Shown one piece after another: positions 19,936 to 31,230 of a stretch of 64,000 nucleotides of DNA. The notes beneath the pieces are model-generated. The model was not told the DNA's origin. It did not search any database and was given only the letters and a program-made list of their open reading frames with translations. Every line of letters begins with the position of its first letter. Positions within the stretch are counted from its first letter, which is position 1. This DNA comes from Lama guanicoe (taxonomy: Eukaryota). The DNA lies in assembly GCA_013239625.1 (NCBI GenBank), contig MU053881.1, forward strand, positions 1,798,001 through 1,862,000, given 5' to 3'. The position numbers and the translations under genes are program-made.

Positions 19936-21874
19936 TTGCCCTCCCCTCGCCCAGAGTCCTGAGTGGGGATGGGGGATGGAGATCCGCGAGATCAGCTCAG
20001 GCCCGCACCTCCCCTCTGCTGTCGGGGATGGGCTTGGGTGGGAAATGGGTGCACAGGAGTGTAACCAAAGCATTCTCTCCCTTGCCTGTGCTGAGTGGAG
20101 CTGGGGGCACAGAGGAGACAAGTCTGATCCAGATCCGGATGACAGCAGAAAAGCGGGGCTGGAGAGTGGAAGAGAGAGGCTGAGGACTGGGGTCAGGCCC
20201 CCGCAGTGAGATGCCTGGATCTTCCTGTTCCTCCCTACCCCTACCCCCAACCCCTTCCCTGGCCCTCTGTGACTCCAGGAGGTCCTGAGCAGAAAGCGGT
20301 GCGGGGTTTGGTCATGGGTGTGGATGGGGCTGCATCCAGTCTACCTCTCCATTAGGTAACTACAAGACAGAGCTATACGACCCTGCTATGGAAAAGTACC
20401 AGCCCTCCCCTCAATGGATCAATTTGTTCGTGTTTGTGAAGGACCCTGAGAACAAGGTGAGGTGGACCTGGACTCCTTGCCGCCCCCGGGGCCTCCAGCA
20501 TCAATGCCTAGTCCTCTCTAGTTCTCCACTTCTCAGAGGAGGGCCCGTCTCCTCACAGGCAGAAAAGCTGAAGGAAGGCCATGCTCTCTGCAAACTGTAG
20601 AGCATCCTGCATTGGCCATCCTGGGATCTGAGACTTTCTATTCCACTGATGCCATTTCTCTTACACCCTCCCCGCTGGGCTGGCCTGTGGAGGTCAGGAC
20701 CTGGGATACCCCCAGAGTTCCTCTCCTAGAAGCAAGTTTCCAATAAGCTTCTCTGTGCTCACTGGAGGCTGCTTCCTCTAGAACCTGCTGTCCCGTCAGT
20801 ACGGCCCTCAGGGCAGCTTCACCTTCACCTCCCAGTCCCCTGGAGAGCACCAGATCTGCCTTCACCTCGAGTCCATCCGGTTCGCCCTCTTCTATGGTAG
20901 TAAGCTGGTGAGTGTGGCAAGGGGAGGTCCACTGACCTGGGGAGCTCAAGGTCTCAGTCCCTGGGGTGGGAAGGTTGCAGTGGGTGGTGCCTCTTGAGGA
21001 GGGCTGGGCTTTCTATGAAAGACAGCTCCTGAAGGATGAGAGGGGAACCAGGATGGAGTCACTCTGTCTTAAAATCCTCCCTTAGCTCCCTGACATCCCA
21101 GCATAAGGACCAATGTGAAATTTAGAGCTGTTCAGCAGCAGAATGCTCCCAGGCTCTTCATTGCCACCTCCCACTGACACAGAACTAGCAGCTGCCTGCC
21201 TCAAACACTGAGTCATACCTCTGTTTCTTTGCACATTTGGTCCTGTCCCTTCTGTCTTTTGGACGTGGACTTGATCTGGGGTTTTGATACCCAGAGCAGG
21301 GCTAGTCCCCGCCTCAGTGAGTGTGAGGAACTGAACTGCCCACTTTAGTTCAATGTCAGGCCCAGACTGGGGTGTGGAAGCTGGGTTTCTCGCAGGTGCA
21401 TATAGCTGAGCTTCCTGACCCCCATCCTTGGTTCCCCTGCTCCCCAGGCCATTCACTTGGACATGCAGTTGGGTGAACGCACCAATGATTATACAGAATT
21501 TGCGGCCAATGACAAGCTGACTCTGCTGCAACTGCGCATACAGCAGCTGGTAGAACAGGTGGAGAAGATCCAGAAGGAGCAGGAGCACCAGAGGGTAAGG
21601 GGTGGGCTGGCCCAGTTGAGACAGAGAGGATGTGTAACCTCCCAGGGACTGGCTCTTCCGGCTCCTCCTCTGGGGGGCGGGGATTCATTTCTAGCCGGGC
21701 GCCTTTTCCGTTCTCACCTCCCAGTGGCGAGAGGAGCGCTTCCGGCAAACCAGCGAGAGCACCAACCAGCGGGTACTGTGGTGGTCCATTCTGCAGACCC
21801 TCATCCTCGTGGCCACTGGCGTCTGGCAGATGCTGCACCTCAAGAGCTTCTTTAAAGCCAAGAAGCTGGTGTAG
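19757..21874 (+). CDS. TMED9-like p24-alpha paralog (GOLD-domain type I membrane protein), 5 exons; start codon unresolved (possible 1-nt frameshift, start loss or recent pseudogenisation)
   Basis: Exons (plus): ~19757/19767-19911, 20356-20456, 20782-20907, 21448-21594, 21725-21874, all GT-AG. Exons 2-5 are 101/126/147/150 nt, as in TMED9, and contain no internal stops. Translation: (I)[221 protein letters not shown]. The only upstream in-frame ATG is at 19470. Confidence 0.88.
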
Positions 21875-23241
21875 ATGGGCCCCAGAGACCAGAGGCCTCG
21901 CCCAACTCACTCCCCTTCCGCTGGCTGATGGGAAGTGGCCTGGCCCAGCCTGTCTCTTGGCTTCTCCCTCCCCTCCCAACCCTGAGGGACTTCCTTGTTA
22001 CTGCAGGGGGACAGAGGACCTCTTTAATTTGGTTTCTCATTAAGAACTAGGGAGAGGATGGGTTCCAGCTGGAGACACTTGGGTGGGAGGAGCTGTAGGC
22101 TCAGCTGTGATGCTGAGCAAGAGAGAGGGTGAGTGTGCGCCCAACCCCCATGTTAAACAGGATGGGTGAACCATCCCAAGATGGAGAAATAAGAGTGAAT
22201 ATAAATTATAACTGTCAAGTTTTCTGACCTAAATATATGTTGCCTCCTACTCTACAGTTCATTCTATGTGTCCAATCAGATGTTAACATTTGAGGCCCTC
22301 CCTGCATTGATGGGGGACTGATTCCAAAATGTATGGGGTGAAGGATGCTTTGCCCCAGAAGCCTTAGCAACATGTAGAGCCTTTTCCAGAAAGGTCCAAT
22401 TCGGGCCCATCTTTTGGGTAACCCAAGTGCTGGTGGCAATCCTGTGCCTCTCTCTCTTTCCCTGGGATCTGATCAGGTTTACGTGCTATCCCACCCAAGT
22501 CAGCTGGACTGTTGGGTTCTTCAGGAGTCTGAGGAGCACCTCTGTCTTCCTGTTATTTTTCAGTCGACTTGTGTCTCTCTTTATGATGCCATTGGATAAT
22601 CTCTTCAAGAGATGCCTATTTTTGCAGTATTCCAAGTCACTGTTTCCATTATATTCAGCATTTCCCGTAATGCAGTCTTCACAAGTGCACACAGGTATAG
22701 ATGCCCCCATTGCTTCTGCCTGATCTAGGCCACATTCTTCCAAGCCTTGTGCTGGTTGCCCTGTTGGAATAGAGTCATCTCTCATGTGAACTTGATGTTT
22801 TCTGTTATAGGGAAATTCACTGCTTGGCACCCTCAAGAAAATCAAGTCCAAATCATCAAGGCCAGAGATATCAATAAAGGAGACTCTCCATGGGGAGAGG
22901 CAGCTACGATAGCCCCAGTTTTTAGCCCCTGAGACAGACTCACCCTCCCTGGGATACTCCTGAGGGATGACTGCAAGACTCAGGGTGCTACTCACTTGAG
23001 AGTCTGGCCACATTGGCCTCTGAAAGTACGAATGAGACTGAAGGCTGGGGGCAGGGACCACTGGAAAGTGACCTCTGACCAGAGAATGTGACCTTAGGGT
23101 CACTTCCCTCATTGGAAGGTGGGGGTGGGGAGGGTGCTTTGCTCTCTGCTGCATGGGAAGCACGGTGATCCAGAGGGGGACCTTCTTGCCCATGGAACCT
23201 GTGGCATGACACCAAATGAGGCAGGGTTAGGGTTAGGGTTA

Positions 23242-26200
23242 AAGTTTTAAGGAAGCTCAGTGAGCTACAAGAAAACATAGAAAGACAATTGAACAAAATT
23301 AGGAAAACAATACATAAAAAAATGAAAAATCTAACACATAAAAGAACCAAACCAAAATTCTGGAGCTGAAGAATACAATGAGTGAAGTGAAAAGTGCAGT
23401 AGAAATCATCAACATCAGAATGGATCAAGAAGAAGAAAGAATGTGGAGTTAGAAGTCAGGACCTTTGAAATTATCCAGTCAGGGAGAACAAAGAAAAAAG
23501 AATGAAGAAAGGCTCTGTGATCCATGGGATAATATTAAAAGAAACAATTTGCAAATCATTAGAATCCCAGAATGAGAAGATGTGGTGGGGGGGGCAGAAA
23601 AGTTATTTAAAGAAATAATGGCTGATAACCTCCCAAATGTGGGGAGAGATTTGGCTATCCAAGTTCATGAAGCTCAAAGGTCACCAAACAATTTAAAGAG
23701 ATCTTCTCTAGGACATATTATAATAAAACTGTCAAAAGTCAAAGACAAAGAGAAAATTTTATAAGGTGCAAGAAAAAAAAGAAGCTTATAACTTATAAAG
23801 GAACAGTCATGAGGCTATCAGAGGATTTCTCATTAGAAACCTAACAGGCCAATAGAGAGGGGGATGATATTTTCAAAGTGCTAAAAGGAAGAAACTGCCA
23901 AGTGAGAATACCATATCTGGCAAAGTTGTCCTTCAGAAATGAAAGAGAGGTAAAAACTCTCCCAGACAAAGCTGAGGGAGTTTATCACCACTAGACCTGC
24001 CTTGCAAGAAATGCTGAAAAGAGTCCTTCAAACTAAAATGAAAGGATGCTAATTAGCAACAGGAAAACATGAAAATATACAACATACTGACAAAGGTAAG
24101 TATATAGTCAAATTCAGAATACTCAAATACTGTAATGTGGTGATATATTAACCATTTTACTATAAAAGTTAAAGGACAAAAGTGTTAAAATAACTATAGC
24201 TATAATAATTTAATGAATACACAATATAGAAGGAGGTAAATTATGACATCAAAAACAAAAGGAGGGAGAAAAAGAATAGAATTTTTGTGATTTAAGTTGG
24301 TATCAGCATAAAAGAGACTATTATACCTATAAGATGTTTTATGTAAGGGTAATGGGAACCACAAAGCAAAACCAATAGTAGATACACAAAAGATAAGCAG
24401 AAGGGAATCAAAGCATAATGCTACAGAAATTTAATTCACAAAGGAAGGCAGCAAGAGAGGAATAAGAGAACAAAGAAGCTATAAAACACCCAGAAAACAA
24501 TAAGATGGCATTAGTATGTCCTCACATATCAATACTTACTCCAAATGTAAATGGATTTAATTCTTCAATCAAAAAGCATAGAGTGGCTGGATAGATTTAA
24601 GAAAAAAAAAAAAGACCCAAATACATGCTGCCTAGAGGAGACTAAGGACACACTTAGGCTCAAAGTCAAGGAATGGAACAAGATACTCCATGCAAGCAGA
24701 AAGGAAAAGAGAGCAGAAGTAGCTATACTTACATCAGACAAAGTACACTTTAAACCAAAAACTATAACAAACAATGAAGAAAGTCATTCTATAATGATAA
24801 AGAGGTAAATATTTTCATCAAGAAAATGTAACAATTGTAGGGCCCAGGGGAGGGGGAAAAAAGAAACTATAACAATTGTAAATATATATGCATCCATTAC
24901 TGAAGCACCTCAATATGTTAAGCAAACACTAACAGAGCTGAAGGCAGGAATAGACAACAATACAATAATAATAGGGGACTTCAATACCCCACTGTCAACG
25001 ATGGCTAGATTATCCAGAAAGAAAATCAATGAGGAAACATTGGACTTGAACTAAACTTTAGACCACAGGAACCTAAAGTGAGTGCTTCGCGTGCACTGAG
25101 GTTCTGGGTTCAATCCCTAGTACCTCCATTTAAAACATTAAAAATTGAATAAAATAAAAAGGAAAAATCTCAAATAAACCATCTCACTTTATACCTCAAG
25201 GATCTAGAGAAAGAAAAAATTTAAGCCCAAACTTAGCAGAAGTTAGGAAATAACAAACATCAGAACAAAAGTAAATGAAATAGAGACCAGAAAAACAATA
25301 GAAAAGATCAACAAAAAGAAGAGCTGATTTTCAAAAAGATAAGCAAAATTGATAAACCTTTAACTAGACTAAGAACAAGAAGAGAAGAGAAAAATAAATG
25401 GAATCAGTACTGAAAGAGGAGGCATTACAGTTGATACCACAGAAATACAGAGGATCAAAGAGACTACTGTGAACAATTACATGCTGAAAAACTGGACAAT
25501 TTAGAAGAGATGGATAAATTCCCAGAAATATACAACCTACCGAGATTGAATCATGAAAATATAGAAAATCTGAACAGACTAATAGCAAGTAAGGAGACTG
25601 AATCAGTCATCAGAAACCTCCTAACAAAGAAAAGCCCAGGACTAGATGATTTCCTGGTGATTTCGACGAAACATTCAGGGAAGAACTTATACCAATCCCC
25701 CTCAAACTCTTCCCAAAAAATGGAAGCGGAGGGAACATTCCCAAACTCATTTTGTGAGGCCAGCATTACCCTGATACCAAGGCCAGATAAGGACATTACG
25801 AATCAAAACCATGATGAGCTTTACCTCACCCTGTTAGAATCTATAATCAAAAGATAGGCGATAACAAGTGTTGGAGAGGATGTGGAGAAAACGGATCCTT
25901 GTGCACTGTTGGTGGGAATGTACACTGGTACCGTCTCTAAATCAGGATGGAGGTTCCTCAAAAGATTAAAAATAGAACTACCATATGACCCAGCAATTCC
26001 TCTTCTGGATACATATTTAAAGGGACTAAAATTACCCTTTTATTAGCCTAAAATTACCCTCTGCCTTGGAGAGACACCCACACCCCCCATGTTCATTACA
26101 GCATTTTTCACAATAGCCAATACATGGAAACAATCTAAGTGTCTGTCTACAGATAAACGGATAAAGAAGATGATATGGACACACACACACAAATATTATT

Positions 26201-26700
26201 TAGACATAAAAAGTAAGGGAATCCTAAAAAAAAAAAAAGTAAGAGAATCCTGTCATTTCGACAACGAGGTGAAACTTGAGGATGTTATGCTAAGTGAAAA
26301 AAGCCAGACAGAGAAAAACAAATACTGTGGGATCTTACTTGTATGTGGAATCTAAAAAAGCTGAACTTAATGAAACAGAGAGTAGCCAGGTATTGTGGGG
26401 TGCAAGGAATGGGGAGATACTGGTCAAATGATACAAATTTTCAGTTATAGGAAGAGTAAGTTCTGGGGATCTTATGTACAGTATGGTGACTATAGTTAAC
26501 AATACTATATTGTGCACTTGGAATTTGCTGAGAGAATAGATCTTAAATGTTCTCACCATACACACACAAAGTTAGCTATATGAGGTGATGGATGTGTTAA
26601 CTTAATGTGGTTAGCATTTCACAAAATATGCGAATGTCAAATCATCACACTGTATACTTTAAACTCACACAAAGTTATCTGTCAATATATCTCAATAAAG
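23242..26700 (+). mobile_element. Degenerate, internally deleted LINE-1 (ORF1, ORF2 endonuclease and pre-RT fragments, 3'UTR)
   Basis: ORF fragments LFKEIMADNLPN..IQVHEAQRSP (ORF1), CCLEET..LKVKEWNKILHAS (EN), MDKFPEIYNLPRLNHENIENLNR..KKSPGLDDF and FPNSFCEASITLIPRPDKD (ORF2); many stops; ends CTCAATAAAG; SINE remnant at ~25075-25160. Confidence 0.92.
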
Positions 26701-26719
26701 GTGGAGGGGGGAGAATTGC

Positions 26720-28480
26720 AACCTTTTGGACATCAAAGGATACCATCAAGATAGCAAAAAGCCTTGAGTCTGGTGTGGATAGAACATATAAAGAATTCTT
26801 CCAACTCACAACAAAAGGACAAACAGTCCAATAAAAATAAAAATGGACAAAGGATTCAAGTAGAAATTTCTCCAAAGAAGATAACAATGGCCAACAAGCA
26901 CAAAAAAAGAAGCTCAGCGTCATGAGTCATTAGGGAAATGTACATCATAACCACGTGCAATGCCATGCCACACCCAATAGAATGGCTATCATTTTTTTTA
27001 ACATTTTTTTTGAGTTATACTCATTTTACAATGTTGTGTCAAATTCCAGGGTAGAGCACAATTTTTCAGTTATACATGAACATACATATATTCATTGTCA
27101 CATTTTTTTCCTCTGTGAGTTACCACAATATCTTGTATATATTTCCCTGTGCTATACAGTATAATCTTGTTATCTATTCTACATTTTGAAATCTCAGTCT
27201 GTCCCTTGCCACCCCTTGCCCCCGTGGTGACCACAAGTTTGTATTCTATGTCTATGAGTCTGTTTCTGTTTTGTATTTCTGTTTTGTTTTGTTTTGTTCT
27301 TAGATTCCACATATGAGCGATCTCATAGGGTATTTTTCTTTCTCTTTCTGGCTTACTTCACTTAGAATGACATTCTCCAGGAACATCCATATTGCTGCAA
27401 ATGGCATGGCATTATTCTTTTTTATGGCTGAGTAGTATTCCATTGTGTGTGTATGTGTACACCACAACTTCTTTATCCAGGCGTCTGCCAAGGCACATTT
27501 AGGTTGTTTCCATGTCTTGGCTATTATAAATAGTACTGCTATGAACACTGTAATACATGTATCTTAGAAAGGGATTTCAGATAAATATTTCTAAAGGCTG
27601 CATTTTCTGTTAAGTGATTCCACTGAAACCATATGGTAAGTCTATTCCTAGTCTTTTGAGGAATCTCCATACTGTTTTCCACAGTGGCTGCACCAAACTG
27701 CATTCGCACCAGCAGTGTAGGAGGGTTCTCTTTTCTCCACAGCCTCTCCAGCATTTGTTTGAATGGTTATCATTTTAAAATGGTGACTAACAGGTGTTGA
27801 TGGACATGTGGAGAAGTTGGAACCCTCACACATTGCTGGTGGGAAATGTAAACAGAGCCGAGGCTGTGGAAAACAGTTTAGCAGTTTCTCAAAAAGGTAA
27901 CATGGAGTTACCATATGACTCAGCAATTCTCCTCCTAGGTATTTATTCAAGAGAATATAAAGGATGTGTTTGCACAAAAACTTGAACCTCAGTGTTCATA
28001 GCAGCATTATTCCTAGCAGCCAAAAAAATGGAAACAACCCAAATATCTATCAACCAGTTAATGGATAAACAAAATGTGGGATATCTGTACAATGGAATAT
28101 TAGTCAGTATTGAATGAATAATAATGAAGTACTGATATTTATTACAACATGGATGAAACTTGAAAACATTAAGCTAAGGGAAAGAAGCCAGACACAAAAG
28201 GCCACATATTGTATGATTTCATTTCTATGAAATGTCCAGAATAGGCAAATCCATAGAGAGGAAGTAGATTAATGGTTTCCAGGTGCTGGGGCTGGGGAGT
28301 AATGAGGAGTGACTGCTTAATGGGTGGGGCTGCCTTTTGGGTGCTACAATGTTCTGGAATTAGATAGTGATGATGGTTGCACAATATTGTGAATATACAA
28401 AAAACCACTGAATTGTACACTTTTAAATGGTTAAGATGGTGAATTTTACGTTATGTGAATTTTATCTCAAATTTTAAAAA
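26720..28480 (+). mobile_element. L1MB-like 3' region interrupted by a younger antisense L1
   Basis: ORF2 C-terminal and 3'UTR motifs (GAAAGAAGCCAGACACAAAAGGCCACATATTGTATGATT...ATGTCCAGAATAGGCAAATCC). Confidence 0.8.
26996..27760 (-). mobile_element. Young 5'-truncated L1
   Basis: Poly(T) start on plus; minus-strand MFIAVLFIIAKTWKQPKC (ORF2 C-terminus); TSD GAATGG(C/T)TATCATTTT at 26980-26995 and 27761-27776. Confidence 0.88.
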
Positions 28481-29059
28481 CCTATGCATTCATTACGATA
28501 CCGAAACAAATGACATGAGTAATAAAGGTAATAGAACCAGGAAATAAAGGTAACAGAACCAGGAAGTCAGCCTGTTTCCTGAGCATCAGCAATTAACAGG
28601 AAAGAAACCAACCTTTCCTGAATAAACTGCTTTCCAGGACAACCAAACAGCTTTAATTGATAAGAGAAAGTTCTTCCCTGTGGAAATGTTCCAGGTAATA
28701 AATGTGAAAGAAATGATGTCAGAAAAAGAATTAGAGAAGAATCACTCCCTTGCCACCCATAGTGCAGTAATTGAGTCAGGCAATAGTCAGTGGATGAAGA
28801 CACTGGGTGAGAGGCTGATGGGAAACTTCACAACGGAGGATTCAGACTAAACCCATGGATGCATCGTAGCCTGTCTCAAAGGTGGGACAGAACTTGTGCC
28901 TCCAGATGGATTGCAATATGCTGCCCACAGACCACTAATGAAGTAATCTTGCTATAGAGTTGAACCTGGATCTGATTAAGCCTCTCGGGTTTATTTCCAT
29001 TTGTAGGTATTCAAGAAATCAAGGTAAAAGTTAAGTGACACTCTAAAGAAGAACATGGA

Positions 29060-29426
29060 CTATCTTTGTTTGGATCTCCTAGAAGCACAGTTTGACACTA
29101 GGACTCTCATGCAAGTGCTCTCAAAGGAAACCTGCAAGGAAGTAAGGGGAGGGAGAGAACAGGGGAAGAAGTTAAGGAAATGAGTGCTGTCAGCTGAAGT
29201 CTAGACTCTGCCTAATCCCCTGGAAAGCTCTGGAGCGTGAACATCACTACAGTGTTGTCCCCTCTCAGGTCCAGGAGACTACATTTCAGCATCCCTGTAT
29301 CAGTCAATCATGGCTGCAGGCCATGGTGAAGAGGGTGAGCTCCAGTTGGCCAAGAGCAATTTTCTAGAGACAGTTCTCCTGAGTAGAGGGCAGCTGTGAG
29401 CCCTTAGCAGCCAACATTCACTGCAG
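29060..29426 (-). mobile_element. ERVL LTR16/LTR33-like solo LTR with its 5' tip displaced to ~29780-29824
   Basis: Minus-strand GCTGCAGTGAATGTTGGCTGCTAAGGGCTCACAGCTGCCC resembles the LTR16-class consensus as recalled. Confidence 0.55.
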
Positions 29427-30360
29427 CCATACTGTCTCCCACAGTGGCTGCACCAAATTACAATCCCACCAACAGTGTAGGAAGGTTCCCTTTTCTCCAC
29501 AGCCTCTCCAGCATCATTTGTGGATCACCATTCTGATCCATGTGAGGTGATACCTTATTGTAGTTTTGATTTGCATTTCTCTGATAACTAGCAATATTGA
29601 GCATCTTTTCATCAGCCATCTGTATGTCTTCTTTGGAGAAATGTCTGTATAGGTCTCTTAAGTCTGTTTTGAGGGACAGCAGTCTCCCTTTTATTTTCAA
29701 TGACTTTATTTTATTTTTTATTTTCAATAACCTGCTGATACTGATCGTCCTGTATAATGGCTCTCAATCTGTTTGTCTGCATAGTAGATGGTGTTGCTGC
29801 CCCACCCAGATTCCCTTTACTGGCAGCCACTATGGAAAACAGTAGGGCGATTCCTCAAAAAACTCAAAATAAGAGTTACCTTATGATCCAGCAATCCTAT
29901 TCCTGGGCATACATCCAGAGGAAACTCTAATTCAAAAACACATGCACCACAATGTTCACAGTAGGGCTTTTCATGATAGCCAAGACATGGAATCAACCTA
30001 AATGTCTGTCGACAAATGACTGGATAAAGAAGTTTGGTATACACACACACACACACACACGTGTGTGTGTGTGTGTGTGTGTGTGCACATGCACAATGGA
30101 ATACTACTCAGCCATAAAAAAGAATGAAATAATGCCGTCTGCAGCCACATGGGGGGCTGACAAATATCATACTAAGTGAAATAAGCCAGAAAGAAAAAGA
30201 CAAATACCCTATGAAACCACTTACATGTGGAATCTTAAAAAAAAAAGACACAAATGAACTTATTTACAAAACAAACAGACTTACAAACATAGAAAACAAA
30301 TTTATGGTTACCAAAGAGGAAAAGTGGGGGAGGGATAAATTCGGAGTTTGAGATTATTCA
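29427..30360. mobile_element. L1 ORF2 C-terminal/3' fragments in opposite orientations (minus 29427-29655, plus 29823-30360)
   Basis: Minus RHFSKEDIQMAD...; plus MFTVGLFMIAKTWNQPKCLSTNDWIKK. Confidence 0.8.
30041..30084. repeat. (AC)10(GT)12 compound microsatellite forming a perfect palindrome
   Basis: Read directly; 30041-30080 is self-complementary with no spacer. Confidence 0.95.
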
Positions 30361-31094
30361 ATCTAGAGAATGAGTCCACTGCTGTATATCTGTACGTTTG
30401 CAGGAATAAATGAGTGGAGGAATGAGACCTGGTCAAACATAGCCTTTGACTCACCACGCACTTTTCTGGTTCCAGGAATGTTCTCAGACAACATGCTCCC
30501 TCTGCCTCTCTGTGACCCTTGGGAACAGAAGAGTAGACGGTGACAGCAATGAGCATCTGCAAAGAGGGGTTCTTAACCGGACTCCCAGCTCGCTCTCTCC
30601 AGCTCTCCTCCCGCCCCTGCTTGGCCTCCCTCCTCACTGGCCCCCAAGACACGCCACCACCCCAGGAGCCTCATCCCTTCCCTGCCTACCTGAAGCTTCC
30701 TCCACATGGCATAGAGACCCTACTTGAATCAATAGTCAAATCCTTCCTTGGAGGCTGCAGAGCAGGGCCCGGGGCTCAGCACCAACGCACTCTTACTTAA
30801 TCCCACCTGCCCCTCCCTGAGCATCGCTGCCTGGCTGGGAGGGTCCTGCTCTCTACCGGCCACGAGCCTCGCAGACGGTGTCCATCCCTCAATAGAAAAA
30901 AAAGTAAAACTGGAAGCAGGGCCTAGAGGACTCAGGATGGAGGTTGACGGCTATGGAGGGAAGAAGGAGGAGCAAGGAAGCGCCCGTGGGACTGGAGGAT
31001 GGAGAAAGGCTTCCAGACTGAGCATTACAGCCCGCAGCAGAGGAGAGCAGAGCGTGAATTTCTCTAGGTTCCTACCTTCCAGCCTTTTGTTTAC

Positions 31095-31230
31095 TTTTTT
31101 TTAAAGCACTTTTTTTGTTTTTTGGGGGGAGGAGGTAATTAGGCCTGTTTGTTTGTTTGTTTTAATGAAGGTACTGAGGACTGAACCCAGGACCTTGTGC
31201 ATGCTAGGCATGCGCTCTACCACTAAGCTA
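31095..31230 (-). mobile_element. tRNA-derived SINE of the same family
   Basis: Reverse complement of TAGCTTAGTGGTAGAGCGCATGCCTAGCATGCACAAGGTCCTGGGTTCAGTCC with a T-rich tail on plus. Confidence 0.8.

Noticed and set aside
19757..21874. Calling the paralog TMED11 or TMED4
   Set aside because: The peptide does not match either as I recall them, and both lie at other loci. Exon 5 and position tie it to TMED9. No symbol assigned; a phylogeny is needed.
19757..21874. Processed pseudogene or assembly duplication of TMED9
   Set aside because: It has four introns of different length and sequence, and exons 2-4 are 25-36% diverged at the nucleotide level.
23242..26700. Active L1
   Set aside because: Many stops and frameshifts, no 5'UTR, RT core deleted.
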